Shown: positions 1-14,100 of the stretch, piece by piece
How positions within the stretch are numbered: the first letter of the stretch is position 1
How the letters are laid out: each line of letters starts with the position of its first letter
Assembly: GCA_002633005.1 (NCBI GenBank)
Contig: NMRA01000739.1
Coordinates: 1 to 64,000 of the forward strand
Reading direction: 5' to 3'
Length of the DNA: 64,000 bases
From: Phoronis australis
Taxonomy: Eukaryota > Animalia > Phoronida
Notes under the pieces: model-generated
Database searches by the model: none
What the model was told of the DNA's origin: nothing
What the model saw: the letters and a program-made list of their open reading frames with translations, nothing else
Program-made: the position numbers and the translations under genes

Positions 1-41
<41 letters not shown>
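1..41. repeat. (AT)n microsatellite
   Basis: Pure AT run at the window start. Confidence 0.95.
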
Positions 42-42
<1 letters not shown>

Positions 43-832
43 CAAATCACTACTTTGTTAATAGTAACTCCATAGGTAAGCTATTGCCAATGTGTTAAGA
101 TCTGGGATTTTCAATGCTGGTTTTACAATTTAGAACACGAGCAAGTTAAGGAGTTAAGGTGGGCCTGTGATGCCCGGGTTTTCGCCATTGTGGACACGCC
201 TTTCTTTCTGTGAAAACAATAGGGGTGGAAAGCCGACAAGCTATCGATCCCAGCAATCTTCGCAAAATTGTTAACTCGGAAGTCCATAGATCAATTTCTG
301 CCAACCGCCTACTGCAGTGAGATTTCTCCTCCAATGTGGTTTTAACGCAAACAGTCCTCGGGCCTTGGTCATTAAGTCCGCTTTGAGTCAGCATGACATA
401 CCGAAGGTCACAAACTCGGTTTCAGATAACTTTGGCTTGAATCCTTGGCGAAGAATCGACAAGTTTACCATAAATTTACAAAAACGCACCACAAATCCTG
501 TAGATTTTGTAATATTACGATTCAGGATAAAGCGAATGAACCTACATGTACCGCATAACAACCCCCCAAATGTTACAAACCTGAATACAGTCTATGGTTA
601 CGGTCCTAAGACACTCTTAGGTAACTCTTGAATTATTTGCTGGCTTAAGATTTGTCTCAGTGGGTCAAATTTCTCTTAACGCCGAAATTTGCTTTCTTTT
701 TTTTTTTTCTTAATGTTCGTAACGCCCTAGTAAAACAACGCTATTAGAAACGAAATGAACATGGCCAGGAGCAGCTTCATACCAATATACGTATATTGAA
801 GAACATCTTAATTACAGCGCGTTGTATTCCAG

Positions 833-1377
833 AGTCCATCGAGTGTTCAGCACTGTTGTCCGATCAGCAGGTGTCGCAAATCCGCCAGTACTTACCCAAC
901 AGGACGTTTAAATTGCTCTACCGAGCGACCCGTGACGGCATGGTGGGTACAGCTTTCCACCAACTGTGCGACAATAAGGGCCCGACTGTCACCATAGGTA
1001 AAGAAGCTACGAACGGCACGATATATGGGGGTTACGCATCTCGGTTCTGGGAATCAAGTGCATTTATGGACTACGGAAAAGACAGCGATGCGTTTTTGTT
1101 TCGTATTTGCGAATCGAATTGCGCCAGCAAACGATTTAACGTGAAGTCAACACTCAGCGATTTTGCTCTCTTTTTTCGAACCAGCAACGGGCCGTCGTTT
1201 GGCTTCAACCGAGACTTGAGTTTCTTCTCTGGATCCTACAGCTACAACGCAACCTCTAAGTACTTTGCCAGCGATGGTTACTGTTCCGAAATAAATCTCA
1301 CTTACTTCGGGTCACCTGTTGGTTGTGGACAAAATGTCAAATGGGCGGACGTCGAGGTTTATGCTGTTAACCCATAG
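833..1377 (+). CDS. Terminal exon of TLDc-domain gene, paralog 1 (upstream exons lie outside the window)
   Basis: Acceptor ttgtattccag|AG, phase 1. TLDc motifs LLYRATRDG, FHQLCDNKGPT, GGYAS, AFLFR, GPSFG, DVEVY. Stop TAG at 1375-1377. Closely similar to exon 38872-39428. Confidence 0.9.
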
Positions 1378-2895
1378 CCGATTAATTAGACCGACAATGA
1401 GTAATTCATAATGCAATGCTTAAAAGAATTATTCTTATTATTATGACCTAAGCAAAATACATTTTCGAGCCTGAAATGTGGTACCCATTTTTTAATATAC
1501 AATGTCAAGCTTTTCGGTAACATTAGGATGTTGCCCCCGCATAATAATTTAGGGACATTTTCTAAGGTAACCGAAATGCGGGACCCCCTTTTTCAGTACA
1601 AAAGTCCGCTCTCCGGTCAATGCCTGGCAGGATCATTTCTGATTATTATGAGTTCCCCGCTTTTTGTGACTTTATGATGAGATCCCTATCTTAATAAAGG
1701 TGGCTGAACCTGCTTAACTGGCGACATGAATCTTAAAAGTCCCCGCAGCCGCTATGAGAATTTTCTACACGTAAGGCGGCGTGGACCTAATGAGAGGTGT
1801 ATTTGCATTATGAATGGTACATTTAGTGGGAAATTAAATTATGGTAATAGTTTTCACGACTTTTTCATCTCTACACGAATAAAAAGTCTTGACAGGTGAG
1901 CTGCTCTCAGAAGATTATCTTTTGTGCTTATAATGTCACTAAAAACTTGTCTTCGTCCACACGTCTACACAAGCTTTTCCCGTAAAAATCTCTTTTTACC
2001 TCGTTACGTCAGGAAAATTCAAAATCAAAGGTTTCTTAAAACAATGCCTACTACTGTCGCTTAACGAGGCTATGAGACAGTGTTCTGTACAAGAAACAAG
2101 TTTTTGATTTCGAACACCTTCCAATATAAAATTGGCCCAAACCTTATTCCTTGGTCAAACGGAAACAACTTATGATACTGAAGGAAACTTGCATTGTCTT
2201 TTCATTCGAGACCATGCACAGACAATAAAGTAATGCACAGGTCCGTAGCCAGCATTGCACAGGGGGTGGTCTAATGTGTAGAACAATGGACCTTTGATAT
2301 TTTGCAAAGGTTGACACTGTAGAGTTTTAGGTAAGGCCCTTGACGCAACTTAATTTGGGGGAAGGAAATCTGAATACACAACTATGACTCTAAGCTGTGT
2401 GCTTGAGATGATACGGAAGCGACAATACCGTGACGTTTGCTAGTAAAGAATTTAACTCAAATTCGGATGTGTAATGTGGTTCAGAAAGAGAACGTTCTCG
2501 CATTATTTTCCTCCAAACTTTCAAATCAGGCGTACTTCAATGAGTAATTAGAACACGTTATATAATCAGACTGAATTTTTTAGTCTGAAAATGACTTGAC
2601 GATATTTTTCATCTTGTTGTATTTTTGGTTGTTACTTACATCGTTGGAAATTGGAACAGCCCACTACTCTCTAGGCTTACTATCCCAAAGGTCCACTACT
2701 CCCAAAACATCTAATATTTGGAACTCCCACATAATTTCTGTACTTTTGCATGAAAAAGTAAACAATACTTTGGTAATTAGATGCGCTGAGTGGTGTACCT
2801 ACAGTGTACAAAATGTACATGTTTCACGAAAACACCCTTCGAGTATTATAAGATTTCATGGTCAAAAATGAGACAGTGCGTTCTTGCATTTTTAA

Positions 2896-3541
2896 AGGAA
2901 TACCAAACCCAGATTAGACCTACATGTATTAACAGACAATAGAAATTACTTTCCCGTCCAGTTTTCTGCAACAAAATAACACTCCGTAAACCATGGCGAC
3001 CCTCAAAAGTTTTCGTAAAAAATTGAAAACTCCTTTCAAATTTAGCTAAACGAGCAAGTGTGGCCTATTGCTATTTGCGAATTGCACGGCAACTGTGGGA
3101 AAAGACCACCCACCAGGGACCATAATGCCCAAGCTGTGACGTGGGGTGTATGAATATGCAATTGATGACTTCCTTTAAAAACATTCTGAAACCATTTTTA
3201 ATGATTTCCACAAATCCTCGTTCTCTCAATTTCTGAAGCGTCATTGGCGCCAATCTTGAAAGACAAAAGCAGAAACCAACTAAAAATTCTAATACCCACT
3301 ATCTCACGAATTGGACATTATGGTCAAGGCGGTTGGTCTTTTCCCCAAAAATGCCGTGTAACTCTCTAACAAAGTAGGTCATGCTTTCACCTTTAGCAGT
3401 CTTCGACAGGAGTTTTCTAATTTTCCTCAAAACTTTTGAGAGTTGTCGAACCGTTACAGAGATTATTATTTATTTCAGAGTTCCGGATAAGAAAGTCCTT
3501 CTAGTATCTGTTAATGGGCCGAAACCGGGTTTGGTATTCTT
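2896..3541. mobile_element. Degenerate palindromic MITE, possibly Kolobok-type
   Basis: Left end ttaa-aggaataccaaaccc and right end gggtttggtattct-tataa, with ~250-bp diverged inverted arms. A related fragment lies at ~22150-22360. Confidence 0.6.
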
Positions 3542-4350
3542 ATAATTGGACGACTGACCCCGGTGATGCATTATCAGGTGGCAGACCAAGGATTGGTGTA
3601 AATCATCACAGAAATTACTATCATTTTAAAGGAATACGAAGAAGCAATGTTGATTAATTATCAGCCGCATTGCATTCATCAAATCCATCTCAAGGTCACG
3701 TCATTTGATAGCGCGACTGAACTAGTTTAGAGCCACTGCTCCTCAACCTCACACGACGGAACCGGTCGAATCTGAATGAAGTTAGAGAGGTACATGTACC
3801 CTGCCCCTGACAATCTTCACAAAGACACAGTGTCCCATTTAGTCTTCTTAAATTTAAAACCGCCGTTGGCCACCGCAACCCTGACCCGTGCCTCAGATGG
3901 TGTCCGTGCTTGAGACTGAGTCACGATTGGCAGTTTTTGGAACTGAGCTCATTTTTTAAACGAAGCAACCATTGCTTTACAGTGTACGACAATCCAACTC
4001 TTGCACAAACGTTTACTACCTGATGGACAAAATTAAAATACTTTATTCATGTCAGTTCAGACTCATTATCAAACAATCAGAGCAATGTATTATCGGAGTT
4101 CTGGTTTCTTCGAACAAGCGGAGCAGTGGACAATCGGAGTAGTGACGTTTAACTTTGTAAACCTCTTCCATCAAATGCGTTGTTCGTATGAAATCCGCAA
4201 GACTGTGTATCATTGGCACTAATTTACAAGAAATACTTTTTTCGTTGACCAATATTTCTTTACGTACAATATAGACCTACGTTTCGCTCATACTGTGAAT
4301 ATGCTCGTCAGTGTTTTCTCAGGGCAAGAACATACATGTACGGTAGATAA

Positions 4351-5023
4351 GGCCCAGTCATACAGCCGATTACGCATGAATCACTCATGAATCACGCACA
4401 GATTTTCGCTTATGCGTGAAGCTTGCGTCGTATGCGTAATTGGTCGGTGGAACCAACGTGGAGCATCAGTGAATGTAAGTGGATGTACATGTACGTCGAG
4501 TGGGGTGTGTGTGCGCGATTTTGAGTTTTGAACGGTTCAAAAATTTTCCAACGCACAACTCTGCGTCGGTGTGCGTAATTCGTGAGTTGACGTGCGTAGT
4601 TCATGCGTCGAGTATGCGTGATTATGCGCTGGACACGCGTTTGCCATCAGTGCTTATGTGTCAGAACTGGTTCGAAATCACGCACGTCCACGTCCGTCCA
4701 CTGACTGCCCCACCTTCATATCACGCATGAAATACGCATATATGATCCGTTAGTGATTCATGAGCGAGGAATGCGTCGAAGGTTCGTGGAATACCATATC
4801 ATTTTGGCTTGTATGCGTCGATATGCGCGATATGTCAGTGATTCATTAGTGATTGTAAGTGATATGTGCGTGGGCTATTGATGATTCGTCAGTTATTTTT
4901 CAGTGATTTCTAACCTCTACACCCGGAAAATTTGGTCAATTTCTCGACGATCAAAACACGCACGAATTGAATTTGTGCGTGTTGTATGAGTGATTCATGC
5001 GTGATCGGCTGTATGACTGGGCC
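4351..5023. mobile_element. Non-autonomous TIR element, PIF/Harbinger-like
   Basis: ~40-bp TIR ggcccagtcatacagccgat(t/c)acgcatgaatcactcat, with its reverse complement ending at 5023. Preceded by TAA; the right-hand TSD is imperfect. Confidence 0.75.
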
Positions 5024-6139
5024 TTTAAATGTGTGGTTTTTGTTTGCTCAACTACGGAGGACTGTCTTTAGTGAACTTACAGTCGACCTGTACCGGATTT
5101 AAAAGACTGGAAAAGCACACACACACGTGTTCACGAGTATTCATGTCAATCCATCAATCCAGAATCAAAGTGGACACTGGACGAACAACAATAATTTGAG
5201 GATCGCCTTCAATGGCGTAATTAGAAAATTCTTGCACTTTACTATACCGTAAAACAAGTATACCAAGATAACAGATAACAAACATATTTTCTGTTGTTTT
5301 GTTTCTCTGTCAATTTTAATTTTTGGGTGTTCTTTGGCTGCTCTATAGCTTAGCTATTTATAGACATTTACTTTTAGACTTTCTTGTTACCCTAAAGTGT
5401 ATCGTTCACCAAATAGGTGAATTTTACGTAGTTAAATTATGTGCGTAAGATACTAAATACACAAAACGTACCCAGATTGGCGTAGACGAAGTAATATCCG
5501 ATCCCAAATTAGGCTACGTTTTGTATTCATACCATACGCTTCGAATTCGTAAGTTCCTACCATTTCTTGGGCAGATTTTTCAAATACTTCACTCAGACTG
5601 TTCACGGTGGGATCACTTCCTATATGTACGTAGCTATGCGTTAGGTTACAAGTTTCCTCTAGTTAAAGAAACAATTTAAATGTAAAGATTTATTACCTTA
5701 GAAGAGATAACAAAGATGTTAACAACGATAACTGTGCGATGAAGTTGTAACATCTCCTGAAATTAGTTAAACAACGGCAATATTTGATATTTTACTTACT
5801 GAGGAATGGGCGCCTGAGTTGCAGACGATATAATACTTAGCAATTGAAAACTGAGACAAAAGTGTCATAGAATTAACAATCCTGTTCCAGACGTTACGTC
5901 TGAGACATGATTGCATGTCGAGTGTCATTTACACTACAAACTTGTAGTACTTCAAACTATGTTCAGAAAGCTTGGTGATCGAACCGGCTAACTACGTCGA
6001 GTCGGCATTGACCTACCTTTTGAACGTTCCATGTCAGAGGTCACTGTTGTAGTAGTGCGGGAGGTGATTACTGAAAACATTATTACATGGTTGTATTTCC
6101 CTCGACTGATTCAACGCGTATGGTATAATTCTTGTTAGA

Positions 6140-6385
6140 GGCGTAAAGTATTCAGTTTATTTGCGGCCTAAATTGCATGTAATTAGTTGAGGCGCAAATA
6201 AATTATTTGTGTCGTAAAGTAATTATTTGCAACGTAAAATAAAATAGTGCTACGCAGAGTAATTTTTTACAGCGTTAATCGATTGTTTGCGGAGTAAGGT
6301 AATTACATGTAATTGCTACGTGAAGAAATTATTTGCAGCGTAATGTGATTATTTGCCGCGTAAAGTAATTATTTGCGACGTAAAG
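6140..6385. repeat. Degenerate ~20-bp minisatellite (aagtaattatttgcggcgta-like)
   Basis: About ten decayed units can be seen. Confidence 0.7.
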
Positions 6386-7119
6386 AAACTTTTAGCGCCC
6401 CCCATAACTACTTAATTAATTAACGTAATAAATACATAACGCCATAAATAATTACTTCACTTTACGTTACAACTCTAAAAAGAATTAATTTACGCGACTA
6501 CTACCTGTCACACTGAACAACAAGAGAGCCCCGTACATGTAGGTAATTTGGCTATGTAGTATCGGTGGTATATTTTCCATTGGATAAGTAAGGGGCTGGT
6601 ATTGAAAAGCTAACGCGCTAAATAAACTTGTTTTATCAGAAAATAATATTGACCAATTATGTTTCATTTTGAGGTGCATTAACACTTTAGCATCAATGCG
6701 TATCCTATGACATATAATTATTAATGTTGTCCGGGTACTGTTCAGACTGGCATGTTGTATGATTGCCATGTTTTTAAACGATCATCACAGTGTACATCAC
6801 CGCTGCACCAGGAACGAACACGACTCAAGCAGCAGTGACAGTATTCCCAGAGTACTGGGCCATCTGCACAGGAATGGCTTTGGTGGCAAACAATATTCTA
6901 TCCCTTCACATGCAGGTACATGTATGCTTTGAAGTCAAGCCAAGAAATGCTTGATTCCCAATGGAATCCAACCGGTTTTAAAGGGTTCCTGCCGTGAATT
7001 TTCTTAGTTTTTTTAAGTTTCAGTTAACATGACATGAATACCATACAAATTTGATTAAGTAAACACTTTTGTGCCAAATAGTCACGATTTTTACTTTTTT
7101 AAGAAACAAGTTAGTTGTA

Positions 7120-10103
7120 TAGTAAGTCATTTAGGACGCCTAATTTTGCGGCTCCTCGATCGGTCGAAGATCATGAATACGAAAGGAAAGGTCAAAGGTC
7201 ATATGTAATGGATGCAATCGGAAGGTCATATCATCCGCCTACCACATGGAGGTGCCAATGACGTCACAACTCATTACGTAATAGGTTTAATTGGACCCAT
7301 TAGAGAGGCTCCTCGATCCAAGGCCATCGTCATGCGTGTAAGCAGGAAACGTCGGTAAACCGGAGGGAAGATGAAGTCGAATTGAATTCCACGTGGCAGC
7401 TGACGTGATTAGGCAGGTTAGGGCGTGTCACCATGCATCATCCGGATGTTATGAAACTAAAAAGACGTTAAGTACGTTGTGTTTGTTCAACTGATGGAGA
7501 GCCGAAAAAAAATAAGGATTATGTTGCTGAATATGAACAAAGAGTAAATTACCTTATTTCGCGTGAGCCAAGTGCTGTCGTTGTAGTATCTTCTTGGTTC
7601 TTTCACATCTCTCGACAACAAAAGTCGCACCATAGACATCACATAGTACGGGAACGCGCCATTCAGATACATGCAGTTCGCGTTGTCAATATGGCGTCGT
7701 ATTACAACTATTACATGTAATTGGAGAGTGTTACACAGGACAAAAATGGCTGAAAACACTGGGAGCCCTACGGCATCAGTCAGAAAATCGGCGGACTCGC
7801 AATATTATGCTCGCAGTCAGAGTTAAGCCTTTTGGCCCTCCCTTTCAGTTATTAAGTATCCGTCCACGGATCCACCGACCACAGTACAGCCAACAAGCGG
7901 CAAGGAAGGGGGTCAGTCATTCAGAACCATGTTCAGTCTAATAAATCATATTAGGGATGAGAGAAATTGGGTAAAGTATGACACCACAGAGTTAAGTGGT
8001 TTAGGAGATACAAGGGAAGACTTCTGGGGGGCAAAATGAGGCAATTTCTTGATTCGGATTGAGTCGTTTTTGATTTACATTTTCTAGTACAGTTTCTGCT
8101 TCAAACAGAATCTGTTCTGGATAATTTTGATATCACATGAAGGGTTCACGACCAATGTAAGCAAAAACGGCATCGACACTAAAAAATATAGGTTACCATG
8201 GTAACATTGGAATTGTTTCCGTGGAGGTGCTTGTTAAAAAGCTGCAGTAAGTTATATTCCCTTATAACGAAGATGCCCCCACGAGAAAACTGAAAATATT
8301 AACGTGGGTATGTAGAAGACTCCATGCCCTTGAAATTGTTACAAAAAAACTTTGTCAGCCCTTCATGCAGGCTTGGTAATAGGTATCTGAATTTCACTAT
8401 TTTCAGATCGCACATAATGTGTATTTGTCATGTTGAATCAGTCACTAGTTGTGCGCCATTTCTGCGCTCTAAAATGCCGTGGTATAATACAACAATTAAA
8501 AGAATTGGTTTGATTAAATCTTTTTAATTGATTATAAGGATAAAAGCAGTTCCCATTAAATTATGAAATTATACTAGATTTGTTCATCCAGCTCATTGAA
8601 TACCAAACTACAGCATACAGTATGCGTTAGTTGAATGATGGATGATCTGAAATGCTGGTTTGCGAATTTATCTATTTATCTGTCACTGCCAGTCGCATCA
8701 ATTGTGGTATTAATTTTCAGGGCATAGAGTCTCCTACATACCGATGTTAGTAATTTCAGTTTTCTCGTAGGGGCAACTTCGCTATCAGGGTATAACTTTC
8801 TGCTGGTTTTTAACAAGCACCTCCACGGAAACAGTTCCAGTGTTACCATGGTAACCGATATTTTATAGTGTCGACGCAGTTCTTGCATACATTGGTCATG
8901 AACCCATCCTGTGATGTCAAAATTATTCAGAACGGATTCTGTTTGAAACATAAACTGTACTAGAAAATGCAGTCAAAAATGACTTATTTCTCATCAACAA
9001 ATTGCCTCATTTTGCACCCCAGAAAACTTCCATTGTATCTCCTAGACCACCAAACTGTGGTGTTATACTTCAGCCAATTTTTCTCGGCCGTAATGTGATT
9101 TATTAGACTGAACATGGCTCTGAATGGCTGACCCCCCACCTTGCCGTTTGTTGGCTGTACTGTGGTCGGTGGATCCGTGGACGGATACTTAATAGCTCAA
9201 AGGCAGGCCCAAAAAGTTTAACTCTTTGGCTGCAAGCATAACACTGCGACCCCGCCTACATTCTTACTTATGCCGTAGGGCTCCCGGTGTTTTCCGACAA
9301 TTTCGTCTTGTGTAGCACTCTCCAATATGGCGTCATATTGACAACGCGAGCTGCATGTATCTGAGATGCGCGCGCCCGGTCTATGTGATGTCTATGGTGC
9401 GACTTCTGTTGTTGAGAGATGTTAGAGAATCAAGGGGATACTACAACGACGACACTTGGCGCACGCGAAATAAGGTAAACCACCCTTTGTTAATATTCAG
9501 CAATGAAATCCCTACTTTGTTTCGGTTCTCGATCAGTTGAACAAACACAACGTACATCTTTTTAGTTTCATAACATCCGGGTCATGAATGGTGCCACGCC
9601 CTAACCTGCCTGATCACGCCAACAGCCACGTGATTTCCAATTCGACTAGATTTTAGCTAGGTCCTAGCGTAGGTCCTAGCGTCACTGAACGCAGTCCCGG
9701 TTACACGCATGGCGTTGACCTTGCATCGAGGTTCCTCTCTGACGTGTCTAATAACATATTGCGTAATGAGGTGTGACGTCATTGACACTTCCGCCTGGTA
9801 GACAGATGATGTCCCTTCCGATTGCATCCATCACACGTGACATTTGAACTTTCCTTTCGGATTGATCACCTTTGATCGAGGAGCCGCAAAAACGGGCCAC
9901 AAAAGCATCGAGGTGCCTCTCTAACAGATCCAATTAAACCTATTACGTAATGAGGTGTGACGTCATTGACACTTCCGTGTGGTAGGCGGATGATGTCCCA
10001 TCCGATTGCATCAATCACATGTGACCTTTGACCTTTTCTTTCGGATTTATGACCTTCGACCGATCGAGGAGCCGCAAAAATAGGCGTCCTAAATGACTTA
10101 CTT
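7120..10103. mobile_element. ~3 kb foldback (long-TIR) non-autonomous element
   Basis: Arms ~7120-8345 and ~8710-10103 are diverged reverse complements. Termini are agtaagtcatttaggacgcc and ggcgtcctaaatgacttact. Confidence 0.85.
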
Positions 10104-11186
10104 TACTACTCAAGTTTCCACCAAATGATGTAATGGGTGTAAGACGTTTGGTCAGTTGCATCTGCGGAAAAAAGCAGATCAGAAGACGAGGTCGATCTGT
10201 TGCTTGAACTGGACAGTTATTATGCAGGCAGAGACGGGCGTGGAAACGGGCATCACACTCAAGTACTTGAAGATCCAGACAATGAATTAAATTTCCCACT
10301 CAGCTAACTTTCGTCGGCTTTAAGGCCGTATGAGCCGCTCGATCCACTTGCACGAGAAATGCTACACACATACATGTATGTGAGCCACAACCAACTGAAC
10401 CAAGGGGCGGTCAATATTCACAAAACAGACACTTAATTCTCACTGACAAGAGCCACTGTATACTTGGGTGACTCGTGTAATTCTCCATGGCTATGATGGT
10501 ATGAAACCAGGGTGAAAACACAAAGCATTAGCCTATGTGTCTTAGCACTCCATCAAGAGACTGCATTACTCTATCTCTAGGACCAATTACTCCCAGCTCT
10601 ATCTGGAATGAAGGCTATTTGTGTGTTTGTTATAAAATTTGAAAATACACTTACATCGCAAAACCAATTTTGTGTTTGCTCAAAACACTATTCATTGATA
10701 TGTGCGGCTCACAAACCGATACTATTTCCGTTCAACTTTCGAGTATTTAGGAAATTTGAGCACAGAGACCTTCTCAGTCAAGTTGCTCTTACTACAGAGT
10801 CCACAAACGCACCTTTTATTTCTGAAAAAGGCGGCTGAGATGGCATTTCAACTATTACGTACAACTTCAATAACATAGTTTGAAAAATGGCTTGTTTCTT
10901 AGCAACAAATATATTAAAAGAATGTTAAATCACTTAAGATGTAAAATAAACTTCTTTTTGAGACACAGGGTCATGGTCTGAAATCTTTGAGTGGTATCCA
11001 GCGCCATCTTTTGTTTCCTTTTATCGGTAATCACACCAGTTTCAAAGGTAACAAAACAGAGAACGTTCAATAGAATACGTTTCCTAGGTACATGTATCAC
11101 TAAAATATGCTGCAGCTAATGCTGACAATTATACTGATGTAAATGATCATTATATATGTCACCGGCTTTTTGAAAAACATCACTAA

Positions 11187-14100
11187 TGGTCCGGGAGCCA
11201 GGGGGTTGAACCTGGTTTTGCCGGAAAAAGTTTTTTTCTTTGCTGTTTCATGTAGCCTAGGGTTAAATAACTATGATTCAGGGGGGTGACTGTTCGCAAC
11301 CCTTGAGCATATTTTTAAATATGCAAATTAAGGTCGCCATTATGCAAAATTCTATTTTTGCTTATAATTTCCTTACCAAGCACTGCAGCCCGATATATTT
11401 GACGTTTTACCCATGTTTTCATTGTCAACAAATTTGATAATGCAAGTTTTTAGGTGAATACATTGTCAATTTGCATAATTTATTCAAATTAAGGCCGCCA
11501 TTTTGCAAAATTCTATTTTTGCTTAGAGTTTCCTTACCAAGCACCGCAGCCAGATATTTTTGACATTTTTACTCACTTTTCCATGGTGAAAGAATTTAAT
11601 AGTGCAAGTTTTTGGTGAATACATTGTCAATTTGCATAATTTCTGCAAATTAAAGCCGCCAAAATTCAAAATTCTTCTTGTACTTATAGCTACTGTACCA
11701 TGCACCACAGATGAACTATCATGATACTTGCACCTATATTCTTTTGGTCAGTTAGTTTAATGAAATCGCTTTGCATGTTGTCGCATGATGAATTTGCATA
11801 ATTAATGCAAATTTGCAGAACTAATGCAAATTAAGGGAGCCATTATTAAAAATTTTACTTGTGCATATAGCTACTTGTGCTTATAGCTGCGGTAGCAAGC
11901 ACCACAGGTAAACTCTCCTGATATTTGAACCTATGTTCCTATGGTCAATTAGGTTAATGAAATCAGTTTGCAAGTTGCATGATAAATAACCCTAATTTAT
12001 GCAAGTAAAGGCAACCATTATCAAAAATTCTGTTTCTGCTCGTAACTTTCTTTCGGGGGGGCACCATATGTAAATTATTTTGGTATTAATTTTTACTGAT
12101 GAATTTAATGTAAACTGTTATTACATCATAGATATAAATAACCTGTAATTTATTACACAACATTACAAATTCTAGTTTTGTCTGATACCCAAGGTAAATG
12201 CAGTAGTAGATGACCAATTTGTTTAATTACATAAACCCAGGACATAACCTATCTAATGGAGACTAGTCATAAGTCAACACTCGGAAAGTAAGCACAGTAC
12301 AGTATAACGCGTTCAAGAGAATGTGGGGGGTATATAATTGAAGCTGCAATTGTATCTAGTACTTATATTTCGTGAAATCTGACCTTTGCAGTCACACCTA
12401 ATCATCACTAGTATGCAATAAGAGCGAGTTGGACACCATGCGGAATTAGAAATGGTGAGAATGAATTGTTTATGGCATCTTTCTTCCATCCATAGTCTTC
12501 TGGATCTAGAGCTGGCGACATTCCACCACATGACTGACTGGTAATGGGCTCTGTTTACGTTTAAGTTCTCTGTGAATGCCTCTATTGTCGGTGACAGTTT
12601 GGGGGCGGACATATATTTCTTGCCATTTCTCTTCCCCATACCAGTAGTCTGGTTCATGACATCTTCCTGATTCTCTTCATTCCATAACAGGCACACGTAC
12701 ATTTAGTTTCATGACATCAGAAAATTGTGCATTACTATAGTGCGGATGGCAAACAGGTCATGTTCAGCCTTCAATGTTTTAACGATGGATCCCTTTCCAA
12801 CTCCACAGTAGCATGCCAACGTGTTAGACCCCTACAGTGCATGGGCAGGGAGGAGACCTTCACAATATCGCTACATGTTTTCACTGTTAACATTATGTCT
12901 ACGACTGTTCTACACTTACCAGGTGATTTCATGGTTGTGGTAATTGAAGCTGTTCCTTGATTAGTAATGCACACGAAGGACAAATACATTTTTGTCATCC
13001 GAAACAACCTAAAATTTGTTAAGTTCATATGCACATTTCACGTCCTGTTGGACAATAATGGAGCTAGCTTCTTCATGGGATGTCTCGATCTCCAATGTCC
13101 TTGTACTATATTAAGGGACAAGGATCTTCATCACTGATTGCCTACTTGTGTTCCTAACGTACTGGCAGCCTTTCTCGAATTCTGATAACATTACCTGCCT
13201 CGTGCTTATTGTTTCATGTACGTTAAGTGTTGAAGTGACAATCCTGTCATGCTAATGTTCACCACTGCGTCTTTTGGGATGGAAATTGGGATCCAATAGA
13301 TTGGTGCTGGTATCTACTTTTGACAGATACTTGCAATATCCTGGGCTTGTGCATCAAGACGTGCATTACTTTCTACCGTGTGATAAGTTTTAGTACAGGA
13401 TCTAACTTTACCGCTCTCCATCTCTCCAAGATCTGTTTCAATGTTGTAGAACAAATGGCAACTTGTGCCAAAAGCTTAACACTCTCTTCTTTGAGGGCAA
13501 TTCTCTACTATTCCCTCACTACTGTATTCGTACCTCATCAATGTGGTCCCTATAAATTGATCGCTCCAAGCCCCTTTCCAGCATTCACCCAAGTCATTAA
13601 ACTAATTTGCGCTTTTTCTATGGTATATGAGAGCGCAGGGCTACAGGCAATATCTTTTTGGAATTTAAGGTCTCAAACTACAAAACACACACTACACAAA
13701 ATATTTTCTTACTTCGTCAAAAAGGAGATTCTGCAAACAGATTTCATTAAATTCATTGACCACTGAAACATGGGTGCAAATATTTATAACTAACCTATGG
13801 TGTCTGATGCAGCAGTTAAAAACACAAGTAGAATTTTGAATATGGCAGCTGCAATATGCGTTAATTATCCAAAACATGAGATAAATTGGAAAATAATGTA
13901 GATGTAACCCCCGTAAGGAAATTAAGAGCAAAAAAAGTATTTGGAATAGTGGTATCCATTATTTGCATAAAATATGAAAATTCGTCATGCAACAACTTGC
14001 AAACTTATTTCACAGAAACATGGGTAAAGACGTTAAAATAGTTTACTTGGGGTGCCTGGTACTTCAGCTATAAGCAAAAGTAGAATATTTAATAATGGCG

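Noticed and set aside
7487-9540. Similar ORFs 7487-7759(-) and 9355-9540(+) as a gene pair
   Set aside because: The similarity is a by-product of the foldback arms, and there are no domain or splice signals.
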